Assembly: GCA_035319645.1 (NCBI GenBank)
Contig: DATHCI010000119.1
Span: forward strand, 32,401-96,400
Direction: 5' to 3'
Length of the DNA stretch: 64,000 nt
DNA from: Methylocystis sp.
Lineage (GTDB): Bacteria > Pseudomonadota > Alphaproteobacteria > Rhizobiales > Beijerinckiaceae
A program made the position numbers and the translations under genes. Shown piece by piece: positions 27,805-36,500 of the stretch. The notes under the pieces are model-generated. The model ran no database searches, had not been told where the DNA came from, and saw only the letters and a list, made by a program, of their open reading frames with translations. Each line of letters opens with the position of its first letter. Position 1 is the first letter of the stretch.

Positions 27805-28869
27805 ATGTCGGCGCGGCCGCTCCTTGAGGTCGAGAACGCCTCGAAGCGCTTCGGCGCCGTCACGGCTCTCGACGACGTCTCGATCGACATCGCCGAAGGC
27901 GAATTTTTCGCGCTGCTCGGGCCCTCAGGCTGCGGCAAGACGACCTTGATGCGGCTCGTCGCCGGTTTCGAGCGCGCGGATCGCGGGCGCGTGCGGATCA
28001 ACGGCGTCGACGTCTCGAACGAGCCGCCGCACCGCCGCCCGACGAACATGATGTTCCAGTCCTACGCGCTGTTTCCGCACCTCGACGTCTTCGACAACAT
28101 CGCTTTCGGGCTGCGCCGCCAGGGCTGGAAGCGCCAGGAGGTGAGCAATCGGGTCGCCGAGCTGCTGGAGATCGTGCAGCTCTCGGAGCTGCGCAAGCGG
28201 CGCATCGAGCAACTCTCCGGCGGCCAGCGCCAGCGTGTGGCGCTCGCCCGCGCGCTCGCGCCGAAGCCGGCGCTGCTGCTGCTCGACGAGCCGCTCGGCG
28301 CGTTGGACCGCAAGCTGCGAGAAGAGACGCAGTTCCAGTTGAAGGACATCCAGCGACGCCTCAAGACGGGCTTCGTCATCGTCACCCACGACCAGGACGA
28401 AGCCCTGGCGCTCGCCAACCGCATCGCAGTGATGCGCGCCGGGCGCATCGAGCAGATCGGCGCGCCGATCGAGATATATGAGCGCCCCGCGAACCGCTTC
28501 GTCGCCGGCTTCGTCGGCGCGACGAACTTCCTCTCCGGCCGCATCGAGCGGACATCCGAGGGCGCCTTCTTCGTCGCGCCCTTCGGGCGCATCAGGCGCG
28601 AAGCTTGCGCGCTGGAGAACGGCGCGAAGGCGCTTCTGTCGCTGCGTCCCGAGCACATCGCGCTCGCGCGCGACCTCGCGGACGGCGCGATCGTCGGCCT
28701 GGTCGAGGACGCGGCCTTTCGGGGCGAGACGACGCAGGCGCGAGTCAAGCTCGACGACGGGACGCGGCTGCTCGTCTCCTGCGCCAAGCACGCCGGTTTT
28801 GCGCCGAGCGAACGAGTCCGGCTCGACATCGGCTCAAACGCCGGCGCGGTTTTTGCGGAGGGCGCCTGA
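27805..28869 (+). CDS. Polyamine ABC transporter ATPase (PotA/PotG)
   Basis: GPSGCGKTT, FQSYALFPH, LSGGQRQR, LLDEPLGALDRKLRE; TOBE domain. Confidence 0.92.
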   Translation: MSARPLLEVENASKRFGAVTALDDVSIDIAEGEFFALLGPSGCGKTTLMRLVAGFERADRGRVRINGVDVSNEPPHRRPTNMMFQSYALFPHLDVFDNIAFGLRRQGWKRQEVSNRVAELLEIVQLSELRKRRIEQLSGGQRQRVALARALAPKPALLLLDEPLGALDRKLREETQFQLKDIQRRLKTGFVIVTHDQDEALALANRIAVMRAGRIEQIGAPIEIYERPANRFVAGFVGATNFLSGRIERTSEGAFFVAPFGRIRREACALENGAKALLSLRPEHIALARDLADGAIVGLVEDAAFRGETTQARVKLDDGTRLLVSCAKHAGFAPSERVRLDIGSNAGAVFAEGA

Positions 28870-29765
28870 TGCCAAGGTTTTCGCCCGGCCGGCGCATCGT
28901 GCTCACAGCTCCCTACCTCTGGATCCTCGCCTTCTTCCTCGCGCCGATGGCGTTGATCCTCAAAATCTCGCTCTCGCATCCGGTCGAGGCGCGGCCGCCT
29001 TACGAGCCGCTGTTCAGCCTCGCCGAAGGCCCTGCGCTTTGGCTGGAGAAGCTGCAGGCGCTATCGCTCGAGACCTATCGGGCGCTCATCGACGATCCGC
29101 TCTACCTCGACTCCTATCTATCCTCGCTCTGGCTCGCGGCGATCTCGACGCTGCTAACGCTCCTCGTCGCCTATCCCTTTGCGCTCGCCATGGCGCGCGC
29201 GCCGCGCCATCTGCGCCCTCTGCTCATCGGCCTCGCCATCGCGCCGTTCTGGACGAGCTTCCTGATCCGCGTCTACGCCTGGATCATGCTGCTCAAGGAC
29301 GAGGGGCTCATCAATCACGCTCTGATGGCGCTGCATCTCATCGACGCGCCGCTGGAAATTTATGCGACGAGCACGGCGGTGGTTATCGGCATGGTATACA
29401 GCTATCTGCCTTTCATGCTGCTGCCGCTCTATGCCGCGCTGGAGCGTCAGGACCCGGCGCTACGCGAGGCCGCGGCGGATCTCGGCGCTTCGCCCGCCGA
29501 CATTTTCTGGCGCATCACGCTTCCGCTCTCCGCGCGCGGCGCCGTCGCCGGCTCGCTCATGGTGTTCATTCCGGCTGTCGGCGAATTCGTGATCCCCGAC
29601 GTGCTCGGAGGGCCGCAGACGCTGATGATCGGACGCACGCTCTGGAGCGAGTTCTTCACCAACCGCGACTGGCCGATGGCGAGCGCCGTGGCGATTCTGT
29701 TGCTCGCCCTGCTCATCCTCCCGCTCGTCGTCGTCGAGCGCTTGCGCGCCGAGGGAGAAGGCTGA
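28869..29765 (+). CDS. Polyamine ABC transporter permease (PotH/PotB)
   Basis: PFWTSFLIRVYAW, YSYLPFM, EAAADLGA; TGATG overlap with the ATPase gene. Confidence 0.92.
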   Translation: MPRFSPGRRIVLTAPYLWILAFFLAPMALILKISLSHPVEARPPYEPLFSLAEGPALWLEKLQALSLETYRALIDDPLYLDSYLSSLWLAAISTLLTLLVAYPFALAMARAPRHLRPLLIGLAIAPFWTSFLIRVYAWIMLLKDEGLINHALMALHLIDAPLEIYATSTAVVIGMVYSYLPFMLLPLYAALERQDPALREAAADLGASPADIFWRITLPLSARGAVAGSLMVFIPAVGEFVIPDVLGGPQTLMIGRTLWSEFFTNRDWPMASAVAILLLALLILPLVVVERLRAEGEG

Positions 29766-29766
29766 G

Positions 29767-30540
29767 ATGGGCGCGCTTTTCCGCTCGCTCGTCCTCTTCG
29801 CCGGATTCGTTTTTCTCTACGGACCGATCGCCGTCCTCGTCGTCATGAGCTTCAACGCCTCCAGGCTCGTGACGGTTTGGGGCGGCTTCTCGACGAAGTG
29901 GTACGCCTCGCTGTTGGAAGACCAGGCGACGCGCCATGCGACGCTAATCAGCTTGGAAGCCGCGGCGCTTTCTTCGACGCTCGCGACTCTGCTTGGCCTC
30001 TGTGCGGCGGTCGCGCTCGCGCGCTTCGGCGCCTTTCGCACGCGCACGCTGTTCTTCGGCGCCGTGCACGCGCCCCTCGCGCTGCCCGAAGTCGTGCTGG
30101 GCCTGGCGCTGCTCAGCGCTTTCGTGTCCTTCGGCCTGGAGCGGGGCTTCGTCACGCTCGTCATCGGCCATGCGACCTTGACGATGTGCTTTGCGACGGT
30201 CGGGCTGCTCGCGGCGCTGCGCAGCTGCGATCCGGCGCAGGAGGAGGCGGCGATGGACCTCGGCGCGACGCCGCTGCAGGCCTTCGTTCTCGTGACGCTG
30301 CCGTCGATTGCGCCTGCGCTCGCGAGCGCCTTCCTGCTCTCTTTCGCGCTGTCGCTCGACGATCTCGTCATCGCGAGCTTCACGACAGGCCCCGGCGCGA
30401 CGACCCTGCCGATGCGCATTTATTCGCAGGTGCGCCTGGGCGTTTCACCGCAGATCAACGCGATCTCGTCGCTTCTGCTCGCCGTGGTGGGCGTAGCGCT
30501 CGCGCTGTCGGCGCTGGCCATGCGCAGGAAGCGGGCATGA
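29767..30540 (+). CDS. Polyamine ABC transporter permease (PotI/PotC)
   Basis: SFNASRLVTVWGGFSTKWY, EEAAMDLGA, SLDD, TLPMRIYSQVRLG. Confidence 0.92.
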   Translation: MGALFRSLVLFAGFVFLYGPIAVLVVMSFNASRLVTVWGGFSTKWYASLLEDQATRHATLISLEAAALSSTLATLLGLCAAVALARFGAFRTRTLFFGAVHAPLALPEVVLGLALLSAFVSFGLERGFVTLVIGHATLTMCFATVGLLAALRSCDPAQEEAAMDLGATPLQAFVLVTLPSIAPALASAFLLSFALSLDDLVIASFTTGPGATTLPMRIYSQVRLGVSPQINAISSLLLAVVGVALALSALAMRRKRA

Positions 30541-30544
30541 CGCG

Positions 30545-31330
30545 CTATTTCCGAGGCGACGACTCCGCTTTCGCCGCGCTCAAATAGCCGTCGATCGCTT
30601 TCGCCGTATCGATCATGGGCTGCTGGCTGACGGCGATGAAGCCGGCGGTCGGGCGGTCCAGATCTTGAATGAGCAGGATCACGCCTGCGACGAGCGTCGC
30701 CATGACATAGGCGGGCGGACGCCAGCTCAGCTTGCCGGGCGCGCCGGAATAGCCCGTGAAGACGAAGGCGACTGCCGCAACCCCGTAAAGCGCGAGGAAG
30801 ACGATATTCGGCACGCGGTTCGCGAGAATCGTCAGGCGCTTCTGCTGGTCGTCGAAAGTCTCGTTGAGCGTCTGGATGAACAGGCCGGTCGGAACCATCG
30901 CGTTGTCCTTGACGGCGAGCGACCGCGCCTCGCGCCATAACGCCTCCTGAATCTCGCTCGAACGCCGAAGCGCTGCTGGCGCGCCCTCTCCCTGGACGAC
31001 CTCGAGTCTAATTTGAACGTAGTCCCGGAGCAGCGCGAGGCTCGCGTCTCTCTGCGGCGCGGGCAGCAGCCGCGCGCGCAGCGCCGTCGTGCCGATCGCA
31101 TTGGCCTCAGCGAGGAGCGCCTCGCGCCTCGCCTCGAATCGGTTCAGCGCCATGGAGAAAGTGAAGCTGATCATCAGCGCCAGGAGACCGAGAACCGCGG
31201 CCTCGAGCGTGGAAATGTTCGAGTCCTTGCTCTCGCGGGCGCCAAAGGCGCGGCCGAGCTCTATGGCCAGCAGGAAGACGATCGCGCTGGCCAGAAATAT
31301 CGTCTCCAGCGAATAGCCGGAAAGATCCAT
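30545..31330 (-). CDS. DUF4239 / bestrophin-like membrane protein
   Basis: LGLLALMISFTFS, EANAIGT..LRA, LI.DLDRP..G.I.VSQQP. Confidence 0.8.
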   Translation of the reverse strand: MDLSGYSLETIFLASAIVFLLAIELGRAFGARESKDSNISTLEAAVLGLLALMISFTFSMALNRFEARREALLAEANAIGTTALRARLLPAPQRDASLALLRDYVQIRLEVVQGEGAPAALRRSSEIQEALWREARSLAVKDNAMVPTGLFIQTLNETFDDQQKRLTILANRVPNIVFLALYGVAAVAFVFTGYSGAPGKLSWRPPAYVMATLVAGVILLIQDLDRPTAGFIAVSQQPMIDTAKAIDGYLSAAKAESSPRK

Positions 31331-31349
31331 CCGTTGGCTCCCGCACGGG

Positions 31350-33143
31350 CTAGAACTGCTCGGCCTCGAGCGCCATCATCGTGTCGGCCCCCGTGGTTAT
31401 GCGCGCAAGGCGCAGGCCCGTCTGAGGCAGCATGCGCTCCATGTAGAATCGCCCGGTGACGAGCTTCGCCCGCATGGCGGCCTCCTGATCCGGCTCCCGC
31501 TTCATCTTGACGAGCGCGGCCTTGGCGATTCGCCCCCAGACATATCCCAAGGCCACGGCGCCGAAGAGGTGCATGTAGTCGTAAGACGCCGCGCCGGCGT
31601 TGTCGGGCTTTGCAAGCGCGTGCTGCATGAGCCACATCGTCGCCTTCTGCAGGTCGTCGAGCGCCGCCTTCAACGGCTTGACATAAGGCGCCAGGCTCTC
31701 GTCAGACGAAGCGGACTCGATGAAGCCGCCGATCTCCTTGAAATAGGCCATTACGGCGCGTCCGCCGTCGCGCGGCAGCTTGCGGCCCACGAGGTCGAGC
31801 GCCTGCACGCCGTTCGCGCCCTCATAGATCATGGTGATGCGGGCGTCGCGCACGAACTGCTCCATGCCGCCCTCGGCGATATAGCCATAACCGCCGAACA
31901 CCTGCTGCGCCACGACGGCGTTCTGGAATCCCGTGTCGGTGAGAACGCCCTTCAGCACCGGCGTCAGCAGGCCGAGCCTGTCTTCCGCCGCCTGCCGCCG
32001 AGCCGGATCCTGCGCGCGGTGCGCGACGTCGCTGTCGAGCGCGGCGCCGAGCGCCAGGCCGCGCGCCGCTTCGTTGAAGGCTTTGATCTCAAGCAGCATG
32101 CGCCGCACGTCGGGATGCACCAGCAGCGGATCGGCCGGCCCGCCCGGATTCTTGGCGCCGGATAGCGCCCGCCCCTGCAGCCGCTCGCGCGCATATTGCG
32201 CGGCGTTTTGGTAGGCGACCTCCGACAGGGCGAGTCCCTGCACGGCGACGCCGAGGCGCGCCTCGTTCATCATGACGAACATGGCGTTGAGGCCGCGATT
32301 CGGCTCGCCGACCAGATAGCCGCGCGCGTTCTCGTAATCCATGACGCAAGTGGAGTTGGCGTGGATGCCCATCTTGCGCTCGATGGCGCCGCAGGCGACG
32401 CCGTTGCGCGCTCCGAGCGTTCCGTCCGGCCCCACGTCGAACTTGGGCACGATGAAGAGCGAGATGCCCTTGACGCCCTCCGGCGCGCCCTGGATGCGGG
32501 CCAGCACCAGATGGATGATGTTCTCGGAGAGGTCGTGCTCGCCCGAGGAGATGAAGATCTTCTGCCCTGTGATCGCATAGGCGCCGTCAGGAAGCGGCGC
32601 CGCTTTGGTCTTGAGAAGCCCGAGATCCGTGCCGCATTGCGGCTCGGTCAGATTCATGGTCCCCGTCCAGTCGCCGGCGACGAGCTTCGGCAGATAGACG
32701 CGCTTTTGCTGCTCGCTGCCGTAGCGCAGCAGCGCGGCCATCGCCGCCTGCGTGAGCCCGCTATACATCGCGAGCGACATATTGGCGGAGGAGGCGAATT
32801 CATTGTTGATGACCGTCAGCGTATAGGGAAGCCCCTGCCCGCCATATTCGGGAGGGACCGACAGCCCGATCCAGCCGCCGTCCGCGAGAGCGCGATAGGC
32901 GGCTTTGAAGCCCTTCGGAGTCTTCACGGTCGCGTCGGGACTGCGCACGCATCCCTCCGCGTCGCCGCTCTTGTTCAGCGGCTGCCCGACCTCCTCGCTG
33001 AGCTTCGCCGATTCGCGCAGCAGCAGCTCCAGCGTCTCGCCGGTCACGTCGCCAAATCCAGGTAGTTGTGCATATTCTTTGAAATTCAGCACTTCTTCGA
33101 GCAGAAAGATCGCGTTGCCGACCGGCGCTTTATAGAATGCCAT
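31350..33143 (-). CDS. Acyl-CoA dehydrogenase (long, about 600-aa type)
   Basis: GTMNLTEPQCGTDL, ITGQKIFIS, KMGIH, FVMMNEARLG, IYEGANGVQALDL. Confidence 0.95.
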   Translation of the reverse strand: MAFYKAPVGNAIFLLEEVLNFKEYAQLPGFGDVTGETLELLLRESAKLSEEVGQPLNKSGDAEGCVRSPDATVKTPKGFKAAYRALADGGWIGLSVPPEYGGQGLPYTLTVINNEFASSANMSLAMYSGLTQAAMAALLRYGSEQQKRVYLPKLVAGDWTGTMNLTEPQCGTDLGLLKTKAAPLPDGAYAITGQKIFISSGEHDLSENIIHLVLARIQGAPEGVKGISLFIVPKFDVGPDGTLGARNGVACGAIERKMGIHANSTCVMDYENARGYLVGEPNRGLNAMFVMMNEARLGVAVQGLALSEVAYQNAAQYARERLQGRALSGAKNPGGPADPLLVHPDVRRMLLEIKAFNEAARGLALGAALDSDVAHRAQDPARRQAAEDRLGLLTPVLKGVLTDTGFQNAVVAQQVFGGYGYIAEGGMEQFVRDARITMIYEGANGVQALDLVGRKLPRDGGRAVMAYFKEIGGFIESASSDESLAPYVKPLKAALDDLQKATMWLMQHALAKPDNAGAASYDYMHLFGAVALGYVWGRIAKAALVKMKREPDQEAAMRAKLVTGRFYMERMLPQTGLRLARITTGADTMMALEAEQF

Positions 33144-33245
33144 CGTGAACCCCTGCAGCTGAGCTCAGTTGTATGTGAAGACCTCTATCGACCGTCCCGC
33201 GACCTTCGCGTTCGCCGTTCGAGGTCCTGGCGAATCCCACAATAG

Positions 33246-33261
33246 TTCGCGTTGACGCGAG
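33246..33261. promoter_or_regulatory. Palindromic operator, LiuR(MerR)-like
   Basis: TCGCGT-TG-ACGCGA palindrome about 100 bp upstream of the acyl-CoA dehydrogenase; resembles TTGACGTnnACGTCAA. Confidence 0.4.
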
Positions 33262-33407
33262 CGCAACAGTTTGTGGGCGGACCACGGGGCGAGCTCAGTC
33301 CCTCGCGCGTCTTTTTTGTTGGCCTCCGGCGCATTGAACTAAAAAACGCTCAGGGAGTGATTCGCAGGCGGCCGGGTCGACCCCGGCGGAAGGAGCGGGC
33401 TCAGGAA

Positions 33408-33432
33408 TTAACGCGGTTAACGTCTTCTTTAC
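33408..33432 (+). promoter_or_regulatory. CtrA-like binding site upstream of podJ
   Basis: TTAA-cgtcttc-TTTAC (TTAA-N7-TTAAC with one mismatch) plus an adjacent TTAAC half site. Confidence 0.6.
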
Positions 33433-33565
33433 TGTGACTAGTGAAAAGTTTCCGGGCAGCGGTCGTCGGTCGCCGTGAATTCCACGCGATCTCAGCCGCT
33501 CCAGCGTCCGTGCGAGTGAGTTCAAAGAAATCGCCCGCAACAGGCCGAATGCGCTGGATGTCCTC

Positions 33566-36500
33566 ATGACCAAGCCGCTTTCCCGCCGCTTCAAGGTTTC
33601 GGCCCGCGACGCCCAACGGCCGCGGCTGGAGACCGCGCGGCGATTCGGGCGAAGCCTTGCGGAAGAGAACGAGGACGACGCGCGCGAATTCGACGAAGAC
33701 CGGGAGGAAGACGACGCTTCCGCGGAGAGTCCGCTCGAGGCCGTGACGCGGCGTCTGAAGCGCGCGAGCCCTCGATTCGCTTCCCAAGACGATTGGCGCG
33801 AACAGCCGCTCGAAGGCGCGCGCGATCGCGGCCCCGGGCGCGAGCCGCCACAGCTGGCGCGCGCGCCGGACGAGCCGATCGTCGACGTCGATGAGATCGC
33901 GGAGACGGCCGCCGCCATGGTCGCGCACCGGGTGGCGGAGAGCGAACGCCATACAGCCAAAGCCTTGAACAGCCTCGCCCAGATGATCGAGAGCGGGCGC
34001 CGACGCGAGGACGAGCAGGAGCGCCTCGAGGAGACTGTGGCTGCGATCGCACGCCGCGCCGAAGCCAACGAGCGCAAGACCGCGCGGGCGCTCGAAAGCA
34101 TCGCGGAAATCATCGAAAATGGCGGCAGGGGCGTCGACGACGAAGAGATCGGCGCGTCTTCCGAGACCTTTGGGCGAACCGAGTCGCGGCGCGCCAGGCC
34201 GAGGGACGCGGACGAGCCGCGGCCGATCAGAAGCGCGCTCGCACGAAACGAGTCACGCGCCGATCGGCCGTCGAGAGATGACCGGGCCAACGGCTTTGCG
34301 CAGGCGCTGAGCGGACTCGACCAGCGCCTTGCCGAGATTTCCGCGCGCCTCGAAGAGGACGCTCGCACCAGATCCAGCGCGTCTTCTCCGGTTGGGGCGC
34401 GTGCGCCGCACCCCAAGCGCGCGCTTGCCGACGCCATCGCGGACATCACGCGGCGCCAGCAAACGCTCGACGAGGAGTCGCGCGGGCCGCGCCACAGCTT
34501 TGCGTCTCGCGACGACGACGCGCGGCGGTTGCGGTTGCGCCAAAGCGATGACAGGCGCGCGTCGAGCGCGAACTCACACAGTTTCGAGGCGCGCGCCGCA
34601 CGGGAGTCGGAGGAGCGCGAAGCCCACGCCGCCGCGGTCGCTGGACATCTCGACAGCCTTCGGCGGCGAATCGAAGAGCTCGCGAGCGTCGGCCAGCCCG
34701 AGCTCACGAGACGCATCGACGATCTGCGCGGCGCGCTCGAGACGCAGGCGCGTCAGCTGGAGAGCTTGCGAAGCGACCTCGCGCACCGACCGGACCAGCA
34801 GCTCGCAGTTCTGCGCCAGATCGAGTCGCTGCGGCGCGATACCGACGAGCTCGCGCGCGCCCAGCATGATGCGCTCTCACGACGCATCGAGGACCTGCGC
34901 GCAAGCCACGACGAGCTCGCGCGCCACATCGAGAGCCGGCACGGCGACGCCTTGCAGCGTCCGGAGCAGCACTTCCTGCTCATGCGCGAGATCGAGGCGC
35001 TGCATAGGCGGGTCGCGGAGGCCGCGGACGCCGAGTCCCCACGCGTCGCCGAGCGCTTCGGAGAGCTCAGCGACGCCGTGGTCACGCTCTCGCAACAGCT
35101 CGCCGAGCTGAGGGGCGAGGCGAGCCAGAACGCGCGTCAGCAGAGCCTGATGCTGCGACAGATGGACGGGCTGAGGCACGAAGTCCTCGATCTCTCGCGC
35201 CTCATGAACGACATTGCGCCGAGGGCCTCGGTCGCGGCGGTCGAGGAGGCCCTGCGCGATCTCGTCGCCCGCATCGACGCCCAGCGCGGTCGCGGCGTCG
35301 CCGAGCACGCCCTGGCGCCGGCGGAACGCGTCGCCTATGAGCTGCGCACGGCGCTCAAAGAGCTCGATCCGGCGCCGATGTTGCGCCACCTCGACGCCGA
35401 TGTCGCGGCGATCCTGCGTCGTCTCGACGAGGTCAAGACCGAGGGCGGCGCCGACGCCGCGGCTCTCGCGGAGCTCGCGCGGCAGACCGCGGAGATCAAG
35501 GACGGGCTGCGGCATCTCGCGTCGCGTCCGTTCCCCGTCGAGAAGCTCGAGACGCGGCTTGTCGACCTGACGCAACGCGTCGAGAAGCTGTCACTGAGCG
35601 CCGCCTCGGCGTCCGCCTCGGCGGACATCGGCGACGTCGTGAGATCGATTCGCTCCATCGTCGCGACGGAGACGAGCAACGGCTTCGACGCTTTCAACCA
35701 GCGCCTCGAGCGCCTGACCGAAAAGCTCGACGGCGCCTTGTCGCTCAGCGGCGCGCAACGCTTCGACGAGCTTTCGGCGCGCATCGACGAGATGCACAGA
35801 TCGCTCGCGCAGCGTATCGATCAAGGCGTCGGCGCGCACAGACCGACGACGACCGCGGGGCTCGAGAGCACGCTGGCGAAGCTCGCCAGGAAGATCGACG
35901 GCGCGCTCGACACGAAGACGAGCCATCCGGCCTTCGAAGAGCTCGGGCGCAAGATCGATCGGCTCGAAGGCCGCATCGGCGAGCCGGGCGCGGCTGAGGG
36001 ATTCGCCCGGATCGAGCGCCTGCTTGCGCAACCCGTCAATGAAGATCGGTTCGCGCGGATCGCCCGGCGGCTTGAGGACGCCGCGCAGACGCTGCAATCG
36101 AAAGCCGAGCTTGGCGCGCCCACCCGGAGCGGCGCGGACCTGCGGCGCTTCGAGGATCTGACGCACCGGCTGGGCGAGCGCATCGACGCGGCCCTGGCGC
36201 CTGGCGCCGCTCGGCAGGCGTTCGAGCCGGTCGCGCGTCAGGTCCAGGGCTTGTCGGAGAAGCTCGACGCGCTCGCCGCGACTGCAAACCGAGCCGAACT
36301 CGACAGCCTCAACCACCAGGTCGGTCATATGGGCCATCTGGTCGGGATGCTGATGGAACGACTCGAGCAAGGCGGAGCCCGCGCCGAGCTCGACAGTCTC
36401 GTTCACCAGGTCGGCCATCAAGGACATCAGCTCGGGCTTCTGTTGCAGAAGCTCGACGAGTCCGTCGCGAGTGGAAACAAAGGCGGGGTCGACGAGCTCA

